A stretch of DNA of 64,000 nt from Porphyromonas sp. (GCA_041854825.1 JBHACZ010000024.1:2050-66049), one strand, 5' to 3'. Counted from the stretch's first letter, positions 19,221 to 29,016 are shown. Numbers and translations are program-made. The notes: generated by a model not told the origin, from the letters alone.

Positions 19221-19403
19221 TACTCCTCTGACACTTCAATAGAGAGTCCTCCGACACTTCAATAGGGACTCGAGGGACACTTCAATAGAGACTCGGGCGA
19301 GTCCCTATTGAAGTGTCGGAGGACTTATCGATACTCAGTCAGCCGTACGCGTACGCGCGGGTATATACGCGCGCACACGTATTATATATTCGGTCTCGAG
19401 AGG
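19221..19403. repeat. Family A array (A2): 3 units, 1 inverted unit and RY terminus
   Basis: GACAC cores at 19230, 19253, 19276 (23-bp period); inverted unit at 19299-19324; terminus GCCGTACGCGTACGCGCGGGTATATACGCGCGCACACGTATTATATATTCGGTCTCGAGAGGG. Confidence 0.95.
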
Positions 19404-19474
19404 GTGCTAAGCATGAGAGCAAGCAGATCTGCCCTGCCCTCAGAGTGTATTATGCGCTAGATCACGATAGACAG

Positions 19475-19549
19475 ACACCCGCAGGAGAGCTGGAGAGGTG
19501 CAGTCATCCTCTTACAGATCCTGCACCTCTCCAGCTCTCCTGCGGGTGT
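19475..19549. terminator. 29-bp perfect-stem hairpin downstream of GT4 gene
   Basis: ACACCCGCAGGAGAGCTGGAGAGGTGCAG / CTGCACCTCTCCAGCTCTCCTGCGGGTGT with a 17-nt loop. Confidence 0.6.
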
Positions 19550-19584
19550 TTGCATTTAGCCCTATCGGGCGCGCCCCATTGGGG

Positions 19585-20772
19585 TTATTGCTCCAGCGAG
19601 AGTCCTAGTCCCTCAAAGAATGCCTTCCATCGAGGAGTATTCGTCGCATGAGCGTAGTCCTGGCTCTTGGCAAGGGCACCAGCCTGTAGTCGTGCGCGGA
19701 GGTCTTCATCTTGACACAGCTCGACGAGGCGACGTCCATAGGCATCGAGGTCGAAAGCTGGCACGAGCAAGCCCGCCCTCTCGTCCGCCCCGATAACCGA
19801 ACGAATACCACTACAGCAGTCGAATGCCACAGGCACTACCCCATAGCTCTGCGCCTCGATCATGCTCATCGGATAGCCTTCGAAGGTTGAGGTCATGCAC
19901 AGCACAGCCGCCTTACGGTATGCCTCCGTGGGATCAGCTTGATACCCCTCCATCCGCACTCGGGTCAGAGAATGCCCAGCGATGATCCCCTCTAGAGCAT
20001 CACGCTCCTCTCCATCACCATAGATGACCAGCTCCCAGTCGGGTAGCTCGGAGACAACACGTCTCCAGACCTCGAGGAGGCGATCCACACGCTTGTCGAT
20101 ATAGGTCAGACGACCCATGTAGATAATGCGCTTGAGCTTCGTCGGAGATGGATCGGCAGGGAGGTCAATAGTGTTCGGCATTGGCACAAGACGCTTGCGT
20201 TCCTCGAGCGACAGCCCCAGCAAAGCACTCAACTCGTCTGCATACTCCTGGCACAGGACGATGTACCTATCTACTGCGCCGATAGTACGACGATAGTCCA
20301 TCAGATTACCTCTACGTGCAGTGTCGGTGTAGACGTACTTAAACTTCCCGATCGTCTGCCACTCAAGCCACTTCAGCCACGAGCGGTCGCCACGTAGCTC
20401 CGCCCGCGTACGCTTGAGGATGTGCCGATACATGGGCATCGAATGCTCCCATGCTACGAGAGCAACGCCCGGGAGACTGCGCAGAGCTTCTGGGATTCGC
20501 TTGGACCAATCGATCAGGAAGAGGATCTTGATCTCCTCGCGCTCGATCTCCTCGACTAGGTAACGCACATTGGCTGATGTGTAGACATCCTTGCTCTCGG
20601 GCAAAGCACGCACACGTCCCCGCACATCGCCAGGTACAAATATCGTATCCTTGACCGTAAATGAGTAAAACAGCGTCTCGATACCCATCTCTGAGAATAG
20701 GCGCGCCGTAAGTAGGGTCACACGCTCCGCTCCACCCGCGACCATGTAGGGGTATAGGAAGGCAACTTTCAT
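19585..20772 (-). CDS. Glycosyltransferase family 4 (GT-B)
   Basis: GGAERV N-terminal motif, YMGRL..KRVD, GDGEE, TSTFEGYPMSMIEA (E-x7-E). Confidence 0.88.
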   Translation of the reverse strand: MKVAFLYPYMVAGGAERVTLLTARLFSEMGIETLFYSFTVKDTIFVPGDVRGRVRALPESKDVYTSANVRYLVEEIEREEIKILFLIDWSKRIPEALRSLPGVALVAWEHSMPMYRHILKRTRAELRGDRSWLKWLEWQTIGKFKYVYTDTARRGNLMDYRRTIGAVDRYIVLCQEYADELSALLGLSLEERKRLVPMPNTIDLPADPSPTKLKRIIYMGRLTYIDKRVDRLLEVWRRVVSELPDWELVIYGDGEERDALEGIIAGHSLTRVRMEGYQADPTEAYRKAAVLCMTSTFEGYPMSMIEAQSYGVVPVAFDCCSGIRSVIGADERAGLLVPAFDLDAYGRRLVELCQDEDLRARLQAGALAKSQDYAHATNTPRWKAFFEGLGLSLEQ

Positions 20773-20811
20773 TAAGTATACTATAGTTTGATTGATGACT
20801 GTGCAGGGAAG

Positions 20812-23700
20812 CTAGTGTGCCTCTAGCCAGTTCGTCCCCGTACCGACCTCGACGACAAGGGGAACGCGAAGCCCCGAGAGGGCAGACTCCATCGTCTCGC
20901 GAATGAGAGGAATAAGCGTGTCTAGCTCGTCACGGTAGGCGTTGAAGTTGAGTTCGTCATGCACCTGCAGGATCATCTGGCTACGCAGTCCCCGCTTGCG
21001 CATTGCCTCATCGAGGCGGATCATCGCGAGCTTGATGATGTCGGCAGCCGTACCTTGCAAGGGAGCATTGATAGCATTACGCTCGGCGTGACTACGCACG
21101 CTCCCATTGGGATTATTGATATCTGGGAGGTAACGCCTACGCCCTAGGAGCGTCGAGACATAACCGTCGTGCTGTGCCTCGCGCACCACGCGCTTCATAT
21201 AGGCATCCACGGCAGGGTAAGCGGCGAAATAACCATCGATGAGGGCGCGGGCTTCCGTACGACTAACGCCGAGCTGTTCGGATAGTCCGAAGGCACTTAC
21301 ACCATAAATAATGCCGAAGTTTGCCGTCTTCGCCCTGCGGCGCATATCGGGAGTCACCTCCTCGAGTGGCACACCGAAGATACGGGCAGCAGTCGCCTGA
21401 TGAATGTCTAGCCCCGAGTGGAATGCCTCGATGAGCGAAGCATCTTCGCTGAAGTGCGCCATGAGGCGAAGCTCGATCTGCGAATAATCGGCACTGACGA
21501 AGATCGTCTCCGCACCGTCCGAGGTGAATGCCCCACGGATGCGGCTACCCTCGGGAGTACGAATGGGGATATTCTGAATGTTGGGATTCGTGCTGGAGAG
21601 ACGTCCCGTGGCAGCGACCGTCTGGTTGAAGGTCGTATGTAGCTTGCCATCCTCGTGCAGCAGGCGTGGCAGGGGCTCGATGTAGGTCGAGAGGAGCTTG
21701 CGCAGTCCGCGATAGGCGAGGATACGCTCGACGATGGGGTGCTTGCTTCGGAGCTTGTCGAGGACTTCCTCAGAGGTCGAGTAACCTCCCGACTTGGTTT
21801 TCTTTGCCTTGGGGTCAAGTCCCAGTTCGTCCATCAGCAGGTCACCTACCTGCCGAGGACTATTGACGTTGAATGGGCGACCCGCCAGCGTGTGTATCTC
21901 GGTCTCTAGACGCTCTAGCTCCGTACTTAGTTCGCCTGCTTGACGCTCTAGCTCGGCGCAGTCTATGCGTACACCTGCCTGTTCCATCCCTGCAAGCACG
22001 GGGACGAGAGGCATCTCGAGGTCACACAGGAGTGACATCTGCTCACGCTCCTCCAGCCGTGGCACGAAGACATCGTACAGCCTGTAAACGCTGTGGACAC
22101 GCTGAGCCAAGCCCTCCGCAGTCTGCACCGAAGGCATCTCTTCGATCCCAAGATGACGACCAGCGAGCGCCTCTAGCGCATGACCCATATCGGGCATTAG
22201 GAGATAATGAGCGATCATCGTATCGAAGGCATTCGACCCAAGGGCAAGCCCATACCGCCCGAGCGTCTGAAGCACAGGCTTGAGATTATGTGCCAGTACT
22301 TCTATCTCCGAGGACAGCACCGCCCCGAGTGGCTTCAGCATTGCCATGCGCTCTGCCGTCGTTCCCTCTAGGGGTAGGACGTACGCTGTACCTTCGTCGA
22401 AGGCGAATGCCAATGCTGCCAGCTCCGAGCGCAGAGCGTCCTCGCTATCGGTCTGAATGGCTAACGCCAGTCGCTTCGCACCCTCGATCTGCGCTACAAG
22501 GTCGGCAAGCGTAAGGGTATCAGTGCCCAGCACGATGGTCTTGAGCTCCACCGCGGGGGCTTGTAGAGTCATTCCCTCCTCACCCGTCTGCATGATAGGC
22601 ATAGGACGAGGCGCGGGCGTCTCCGTATAGCTTGCAGCGAATAGCTCCAACCCCACGACCGAAGCCCCTGCCGTAGCCGTCTGCACAGCCTCGGGCGAGG
22701 CACTCGGAGCTAAGGCAGATGCCTCAGAGCTGGGGGGCGCGAATAGGTCGTCCTGCTGTGGCAGTACCTCAGCATTCGCCTGAACCTGAGCGGCACGCTC
22801 CTGTCCCAGACGAATCTCCGCAGCGTAGCGCGTACGGATACGAGAGAGCAAGGTACGAAACTCCAACTCCTCGAAGAGCTGCTCTACCTCCCACCAGTTC
22901 ACCTCCTGTCGAGCAAACCGCTCTAGATCTAGCTCCACACCTGGCACCTCGGTGCATATCGTAGCGAGATAACGGGTGCGTTCGCCATCCTCACGCCCTG
23001 CACGTATCTTGTCACCGATAGCGCCCTTGATACTATCCGCATGGGCAAAGATGGCATCCATCGAGCCGTACTCCTTGAGAAGCTTGGCAGCGGTCTTATC
23101 CCCTACCCCACGGATACCTGGGAGGTTGTCCGCTGAGTCACCGACCATCCCGAGGTAGTCGATCATCTGACGAGGCGAATCTAACCCGAAGCGTTCGCAG
23201 ACTTCTGCCTCACCCCACTCCTCATACCCTCCGCCATTGACGGGGCGATACATGGAGATCTGGGGAGTAACGAGCTGAGCATAGTCCTTGTCGGGCGTTA
23301 CCATCAGCACGTCCAGCCCGCGAGCCGCGCCTTGCACGGCAAGCGTCCCGACGACATCGTCTGCCTCATAGTCTGGCACCTCAATGATGGGAATTCGGTA
23401 TGCCTCGATGAGGCGCTTGATGTAGGGGACTCCGAACTTGATCGCCTCGGGTGCGCTCTCGCGATGTGCCTTGTACTCCTCATACTCACGGTGACGAAAA
23501 CTACCGCCTGGGGGGTCAAAGACCACCGCTACATAGTCCGGGCTAGTCGTCCCAAGCAGGTCGCTCAGTGTATTGGCAAAGCCAAAGATCGCACTCGTAT
23601 CACGCCCTTGGCTATCGAGGCGAGGGCGCTTGGAGTGCGGGAAATAGGCTCTGTAGATCAATGCATAAGCATCGAGGAGGAAGAGGCTCTTATTGGACAT
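20812..23700 (-). CDS. polA: DNA polymerase I
   Basis: 5'-3' exonuclease (LLDAYALIYR, YEADD, PDKD, GDSADNLPG); polymerase motifs TGRLSS, SADYSQIELR, AKTANFGIIYG, LQVHDEL. Confidence 0.97.
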   Translation of the reverse strand: MSNKSLFLLDAYALIYRAYFPHSKRPRLDSQGRDTSAIFGFANTLSDLLGTTSPDYVAVVFDPPGGSFRHREYEEYKAHRESAPEAIKFGVPYIKRLIEAYRIPIIEVPDYEADDVVGTLAVQGAARGLDVLMVTPDKDYAQLVTPQISMYRPVNGGGYEEWGEAEVCERFGLDSPRQMIDYLGMVGDSADNLPGIRGVGDKTAAKLLKEYGSMDAIFAHADSIKGAIGDKIRAGREDGERTRYLATICTEVPGVELDLERFARQEVNWWEVEQLFEELEFRTLLSRIRTRYAAEIRLGQERAAQVQANAEVLPQQDDLFAPPSSEASALAPSASPEAVQTATAGASVVGLELFAASYTETPAPRPMPIMQTGEEGMTLQAPAVELKTIVLGTDTLTLADLVAQIEGAKRLALAIQTDSEDALRSELAALAFAFDEGTAYVLPLEGTTAERMAMLKPLGAVLSSEIEVLAHNLKPVLQTLGRYGLALGSNAFDTMIAHYLLMPDMGHALEALAGRHLGIEEMPSVQTAEGLAQRVHSVYRLYDVFVPRLEEREQMSLLCDLEMPLVPVLAGMEQAGVRIDCAELERQAGELSTELERLETEIHTLAGRPFNVNSPRQVGDLLMDELGLDPKAKKTKSGGYSTSEEVLDKLRSKHPIVERILAYRGLRKLLSTYIEPLPRLLHEDGKLHTTFNQTVAATGRLSSTNPNIQNIPIRTPEGSRIRGAFTSDGAETIFVSADYSQIELRLMAHFSEDASLIEAFHSGLDIHQATAARIFGVPLEEVTPDMRRRAKTANFGIIYGVSAFGLSEQLGVSRTEARALIDGYFAAYPAVDAYMKRVVREAQHDGYVSTLLGRRRYLPDINNPNGSVRSHAERNAINAPLQGTAADIIKLAMIRLDEAMRKRGLRSQMILQVHDELNFNAYRDELDTLIPLIRETMESALSGLRVPLVVEVGTGTNWLEAH

Positions 23701-23791
23701 CTCGCGTTCGGGTTATCTCTGTTTATATTGATAGATCCTGCGCTACGCCCTCCTAGACGCATAGAATGCTAGGAGACAAAGCACAGGTTTG

Positions 23792-23799
23792 CAAAGCTA
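23792..23799 (-). promoter_or_regulatory. -7 promoter element for polA
   Basis: TAGCTTTG on the minus strand. Confidence 0.5.
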
Positions 23800-23886
23800 T
23801 CCATTTCCCCGCACCTAGGCAAATCCTCTCCAGAGCATCCCCGCTCCGCCTGTCCCTACGTTCGTCCCCCGCCTCTCCACCACCGC

Positions 23887-24003
23887 AACTTAGGTTTTAT
23901 CACTGAGACGACTTACCCTAAGTCGTCCTCGGGACTTACAGTAAGTCGCCGAGGCGACTTAAGTTGAGTCACTTCGGCGATATACTGTAAGTCATCTTAG
24001 AGG
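23887..24003. repeat. Family C array (C1): about 5 x 23-bp units with 15-bp palindromic core
   Basis: Cores GACTTAnnnTAAGTC-like at 23887 (degenerate), 23910, 23933, 23956, 23979. Confidence 0.93.
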
Positions 24004-24076
24004 CTCAATGTCAGCATCGGGCAGAGCCTAACGTAGCACAGCATACCTGGTTTGCTTGCGTGCCTCAATAGAGAAC

Positions 24077-24111
24077 GGGGATCATACGACTGCCTTGGTC
24101 GTATGATCCCC
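24077..24111 (-). terminator. Hairpin after dpp7
   Basis: GGGGATCATACGAC / GTCGTATGATCCCC 14-bp stem. Confidence 0.7.
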
Positions 24112-24159
24112 GCTCCCTATTGCTCTGTGCGCCCGAGGGACATCAGAGCTTTGGAGGAA

Positions 24160-26271
24160 TTAGCGTAAGTCTAGCTCCTCGATGAGACGTGGGCATTTGC
24201 CCCACTGCTCGATCACGAAGAGGACGTAGCGGATGTCTACTGAGATCGTGCGCTGTAGAGCAGGTTCGAACTCGATGTCACCACTCATTGCCTCCCAGTT
24301 GCCATCGAAGGCGAGACCGATGACACGACCATTCTTGTCGAAGACGGGACTACCTGAGTTACCACCCGTGATGTCGTTATTGGAGAGGAAGTTCACATAC
24401 ATCTGTCCGTCCTTTTTGTCTGCCCAGCGTCCCCAAGCCTTGCCCTCGATGAGGTCAATGAACTCGGGCTTGAGATCAAACTCTGTAGAGCCTGGCTGAT
24501 ACTTCTCCATAATACCTGCTGGCGTGGTGTAATAGCTATACTTGACCCCATCGCTAGGAGAATAACCAAGCACGCTACCATAGCTCATGCGCATGGTGAA
24601 ATTCGCATCACTAGGCATCTGACGCTTAGGATCCATCGCCTGACGACCTGCGAAGTAAAGGCGGTTGCCACGCCCGATGGCACTCTGATAACCCTTGAGT
24701 GCCTCCGTGATCTCTGTGTAGAGTGCCTGTACAGTGGCAAAGTAAGTAAGGGCTGGGTCAGAGGCAAGCACATCCTTGTCCTTGCGAGCGCGCAGCGCAC
24801 CTTCCTCGCTGACGAAAGCACTATTGTCGAAGACATAGTCTGCGAATGCCTTCGTGCTACCGCCGAACTGGCTGTCGATCACTGCGAAGAGCTTCTGCAC
24901 GTCCGAGGCAGTCAGCTCCTTGCGGGCAATGTCGAGCATAGCAGGCAACACCTCACGGTCGAGAGATGCCACATAGTCCTTGTACACCTCCTTGACGTCT
25001 TCGTCTGTCACGGCAGGATTGGTCATCGCGCTGGCGATGGCAAAGATCTCCGTACCACGCAGGAGCGTCTCACGCAGGTAAGACTGACGGCGGATAAGGC
25101 TACCCGCATCCTTATAGTTCTTCTCTAGATCTGTGAGGACGCCGGCATACTCCTTACGTGTGGCAGCCCACTGACCGAAGGCAGCTTCCTCCTCACGCTT
25201 ACGGTCTACGACGGCGAGGCGACGCAGTCCGCGATTCATACCGATAGAGTTCTTCCAGTAGTTCGAGCTACCAGCATACTTGTCCGAGTACTTGATGCGC
25301 ACAGCCTGATCTGCATCCATAGCCTTGCGCCAGATCTCCTGTTTGACACCGCGCACGTCGATGAGAGCCTGGTTCTGATTCTCCATGCGGTTCTCGATAC
25401 CCCACGATGGGATATAACGCTCGGTAGAACCAGGGAAACCGATCGTCATGGCGAAGTCACCCTCGCGATAGCCTTCGGTAGAGACAGAGGCGAAGTGCTG
25501 AGGACGATAGGGTACATTGTCCTTGCTGTAGTTGGCGGGTTTGTTGTCTGCATTAGCATAGACGCGGAAGACGGAGAAGTCTCCCGTGTGACGTGTCCAC
25601 ATCCAATTGTCCGTATCGCCACCATACTTACCGATAGAACTGGGTGGAGCGAAGACCATACGCACGTCGCGGAAGACGTCGTAGGTGATCATGTAGTACT
25701 TGTTGCCTGCGTAGTAGGAGCGAATGATGACCTCCTTCATAGGGTTGCCAAGGCGTGCTTCCTCTGCCTTGCGCAGGTCTGCCGTGATGGCATTGATAGC
25801 GTTGATGCGGTCGATCTCAGTCTTGACCTTGCGGTTCTTCTTGAGGCGAGCGAGGATGTCGCTGGTGATGTCCTTGATGTCTACGAGGTAGCGTACCTCC
25901 AGCCCTTCGATAGGGAGCTCCTGAGCGTAGGTCTGCGACACGAAGCCATCGCGCAGGTAGTCATGATCGACCGTGCTCTGGCTCTGGATAGCTCCGTAGC
26001 CACAGTGGTGGTTGGTCATGATCAGTCCTGTAGCCGAGACGGTCACACCCGTACAGCCACGACCGAAGATAATGACAGATCCAGCTACACTAGGCTTGTC
26101 AAGGCTATACAGCTCCTCGGACGAGAGGCGGAAGCCTAGGTCCTTCATCTGCTGCATATTCTCCTGCGTCAGCTCATTGAGTAGCCACATACCCTTGTCC
26201 GCGCGTGCCGTGCCAGCAAGAGCTAGGACAGCCGTCGAGAGGGCAAGAGCCTTCTTGAGAAAGTTGTTCAT
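24160..26271 (-). CDS. S46 family dipeptidyl peptidase, DPP7-type
   Basis: Signal peptide then ADKGMW; TNHHCG (His), GGDTDNW (Asp), TGGNSGSPV (Ser); FDGNWE has Gly as in DPP7, not the Arg (FDRNWE) of DPP11. Confidence 0.88.
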   Translation of the reverse strand: MNNFLKKALALSTAVLALAGTARADKGMWLLNELTQENMQQMKDLGFRLSSEELYSLDKPSVAGSVIIFGRGCTGVTVSATGLIMTNHHCGYGAIQSQSTVDHDYLRDGFVSQTYAQELPIEGLEVRYLVDIKDITSDILARLKKNRKVKTEIDRINAINAITADLRKAEEARLGNPMKEVIIRSYYAGNKYYMITYDVFRDVRMVFAPPSSIGKYGGDTDNWMWTRHTGDFSVFRVYANADNKPANYSKDNVPYRPQHFASVSTEGYREGDFAMTIGFPGSTERYIPSWGIENRMENQNQALIDVRGVKQEIWRKAMDADQAVRIKYSDKYAGSSNYWKNSIGMNRGLRRLAVVDRKREEEAAFGQWAATRKEYAGVLTDLEKNYKDAGSLIRRQSYLRETLLRGTEIFAIASAMTNPAVTDEDVKEVYKDYVASLDREVLPAMLDIARKELTASDVQKLFAVIDSQFGGSTKAFADYVFDNSAFVSEEGALRARKDKDVLASDPALTYFATVQALYTEITEALKGYQSAIGRGNRLYFAGRQAMDPKRQMPSDANFTMRMSYGSVLGYSPSDGVKYSYYTTPAGIMEKYQPGSTEFDLKPEFIDLIEGKAWGRWADKKDGQMYVNFLSNNDITGGNSGSPVFDKNGRVIGLAFDGNWEAMSGDIEFEPALQRTISVDIRYVLFVIEQWGKCPRLIEELDLR

Positions 26272-26355
26272 ACTAATGGGATTTATATTATTTGATCTTA
26301 TACGAGGTAAGGAGGCAAAGCGAGCGAAGCTTCACTAGGCTCCGAGGCAAGAGAT

Positions 26356-27579
26356 TTAGTCTACCTGCAGGACAAGTCCCTTGAGATACTCACCCTCAGG
26401 ATGGTAAATGCCTACTGGGTGGTCTGCTGGCTGAGTAAGCTGATGCAGAATGCGTACATGCCTGCCAGAGGAAGCCGCCGCAGTGAAGACCGCTAGACGA
26501 AACTCCTCACGACTCACCGCCTGCGAACAGCTAAAGGTAAAGACAATCCCTCCGGGCGCTACCTTGGCGAACGCCTCGGCATTGATACGGCGATAGCCGA
26601 TGAGGGCATTGCGTAGCACCTTGCGATGCTTGGCAAAGGCAGGAGGATCGAGGATAATCATATCGTATTGACCCTCGGGCATCTGCTCAAGGTAGGCGAA
26701 AGCATCTTGCGTAATGCTTTGATGTCGGGTGGTATCCCCGAAGTTGAGCCGTACATGCTCTTCGGTCAGATACATTGCCTTGGCAGAGCTATCGAGCGAA
26801 TGCACCTCTGTAGCACCTCCGCGCAGAGCATAGAGAGAGAACCCTCCCGTATAGCAGAAGGCATTGAGGACGGTGCGCCCCTCGGCGTACTTCTCGACGA
26901 GACTGCGGTTGTCTCGCTGGTCTACGAAGAAGCCGGTCTTCTGTCCACGAAGCCAGTCGGGCAGGAAGCGAATCCCATTCTCCCAGACGGCACGGGCTGT
27001 CGTATGCCCGATAAGGAATTCGTCCTGAGCCTCCTCGCGTGCCTCACGGGTGGGGAGGGTAGACGAACTTTTGTAATACACTGCCTCGAGAGCGCTCTCT
27101 CCGAGCATCTCGCGGTAGCTCGCCATGAGCGCGCGGGCGATATCGTGACGGCTCACATGCATCCCAATGCTATGCGCCTGCATCACAGCCGTAGTGCCAT
27201 AGACGTCGATGATCAGCCCAGGGAGCTGGTCGCCCTCGCCATGGACGAGGCGATAGACGTCATTGCGCTCGGCTTCGTCGGCATCACCGCGCACCAGACC
27301 GAGCGAGATACGTAGACCGAGGGCAGAGCTTAGGCGACTGAGCCAATAGCTCTCGTCGATCTCTTCGTTGCCGATGAAGCTGAGCATGCGCACTGCGATA
27401 CTGCCTGTCGCCCAGTGCCCGACACCGAGCGCATCGCCCCGATGACTAATAATGCGTACGAGGTCGCCATCAGCTACCTCCCCATCTATCGAAGCGATAG
27501 CCCCAGAGAATACCCAAGGGTGGAAGCGCAGGAGTGACTCCTCTTTGCGCGGTAGTAGGCGAACTGTCTTTATATCCAT
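26356..27579 (-). CDS. rlmI: 23S rRNA m5C1962 methyltransferase RlmI family
   Basis: HPWVFSG PUA start, GQKTGFFVDQRDNR, LNAFCYTGGFS, ILDPPAF, TFSCS, YLKG. Confidence 0.88.
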   Translation of the reverse strand: MDIKTVRLLPRKEESLLRFHPWVFSGAIASIDGEVADGDLVRIISHRGDALGVGHWATGSIAVRMLSFIGNEEIDESYWLSRLSSALGLRISLGLVRGDADEAERNDVYRLVHGEGDQLPGLIIDVYGTTAVMQAHSIGMHVSRHDIARALMASYREMLGESALEAVYYKSSSTLPTREAREEAQDEFLIGHTTARAVWENGIRFLPDWLRGQKTGFFVDQRDNRSLVEKYAEGRTVLNAFCYTGGFSLYALRGGATEVHSLDSSAKAMYLTEEHVRLNFGDTTRHQSITQDAFAYLEQMPEGQYDMIILDPPAFAKHRKVLRNALIGYRRINAEAFAKVAPGGIVFTFSCSQAVSREEFRLAVFTAAASSGRHVRILHQLTQPADHPVGIYHPEGEYLKGLVLQVD

Positions 27580-27647
27580 TGAATCGTAATGTCTTGTCTT
27601 CTAGTGTAGAGCTATCCCCTTATGGGGAAGCCCTGAGCATGTCGGGA

Positions 27648-28283
27648 TTAGATCAGGGCAAACTGCGTGGGGGAAGGAGCGGGCTGCTGCATCAGCTCTC
27701 GGTAAATACGTAGGCTGCCCCAAGCGTCGAGAGCAGCATAGGTCTGCTGAGCTGGGGTAAGGCGGCTCGCCTCCCAGTTGCTCATACGCTGAGCCTTACT
27801 CATATTCTCGCCGAACATGATCGCATAGATCTTCTGCAAGCTCGCATCCTTGATACCATAGCCAGGAGAGAGCAGTTGTAGCTCTACGAAGCCCTTCGGC
27901 TCAAAGGGCGTAAGACGCTTGAGTGCCGTGCAGTCATCGCGCAGACTAAGCCCGATCTTGAGGAGATCGTTGCGCTCGAGTAGCTCTACGAGTGGCTCGG
28001 GCAGACCGAGACGATTGAGGCGAAACAGGAATGTCTCGCTATCGGTGGCGAGCTGTAGCAGACCCACCGAGGTGCGACGTCCTGGGACGAAGCTCGGCTT
28101 GGTCTCTGTGTCGATACCGATGGCATCGGCTTCGGCAAGGCGTGCCACAGCAGCCTTGACTTGATTGGACTTGTCGATTAGATGGATCGGCAAGTGATAT
28201 TCTGCACGGGGCAACAGAGCCAGTTGCTCTTTGTCTATCTCACTAGGATAGGGATAGGGAACGAAATTCTTAATCTTCATCAT
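27648..28283 (-). CDS. Stand-alone DEDDy 3'-5' exonuclease (RNase D/WRN-exo-like)
   Basis: IGIDTET ExoI, LLQLAT, SNWEA, YAALDAW ExoIII. Confidence 0.85.
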   Translation of the reverse strand: MMKIKNFVPYPYPSEIDKEQLALLPRAEYHLPIHLIDKSNQVKAAVARLAEADAIGIDTETKPSFVPGRRTSVGLLQLATDSETFLFRLNRLGLPEPLVELLERNDLLKIGLSLRDDCTALKRLTPFEPKGFVELQLLSPGYGIKDASLQKIYAIMFGENMSKAQRMSNWEASRLTPAQQTYAALDAWGSLRIYRELMQQPAPSPTQFALI

Positions 28284-28301
28284 CGTGCGGGAAACGCCTA
28301 T

Positions 28302-28892
28302 TTAGTCTATGAAGTCATCCAGGTCAAGGTCATCGCCCTCGGCATCTTCGTCGTCGAGAGGGTCCTCTGCCTCCATCCCCACGTATATCTGGTGCAAGGC
28401 TCCGAGGGCAGAGATCAGCGCCAGCCCCCAGTGTTCGCTCCAGTAGAGACGACAGCGCCCGATAGCGGCAGGGAGAGCTAGTTCATTCTGCTCACGCAAG
28501 ATCCCGAGCAGATTGCCCACATGCTGGTAGATATCCGCCAGCAGTTCGCTGATATGATTTGCCAGCGGAGTATCGCTATACTGCATCTCGCCCGAGAAGG
28601 TCGTGAGGAACGTGTCTTCCTCCCCGATAATTTCCTCGGCTCGTGCACGCACCCTCTCGTAGCTCGCCTCTGTGATATACTCCTCGACGAGATCAATCTC
28701 TGGGCTATACATATAGTCGGGCAGAGCAAGCACGAGGCTGTAGAGGCGGGGCAATAGCTCCAGCATACGACGTACATACTCTCTGCGCTCCGCCCCTTGC
28801 TCTAGGAGGGTCGCCAGCTCCACGCCTCGCGCGGCAAATTCGATAAGTGCGGGTGTATAGATACTGCCCGCGCCTTGACTGTTGTGATCCAT
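28302..28892 (-). CDS. DUF5063 family protein
   Basis: IEF, LPRLY, VEEYITE..YE, ISELLADIYQ, WSEHWG pattern of Bacteroidota DUF5063; ATG 28892 preferred. Confidence 0.7.
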   Translation of the reverse strand: MDHNSQGAGSIYTPALIEFAARGVELATLLEQGAERREYVRRMLELLPRLYSLVLALPDYMYSPEIDLVEEYITEASYERVRARAEEIIGEEDTFLTTFSGEMQYSDTPLANHISELLADIYQHVGNLLGILREQNELALPAAIGRCRLYWSEHWGLALISALGALHQIYVGMEAEDPLDDEDAEGDDLDLDDFID

Positions 28893-29016
28893 ATATCTCA
28901 CAAAGATAACAAGAACTATCGAATACCTCTGCGCCCTACCCCCTCCATCTCACACGGCAACAGGTGCAGATCCCCCACGATCCGAATATCACCCCTGTCA
29001 CCCCTCCCCGCAAGGC

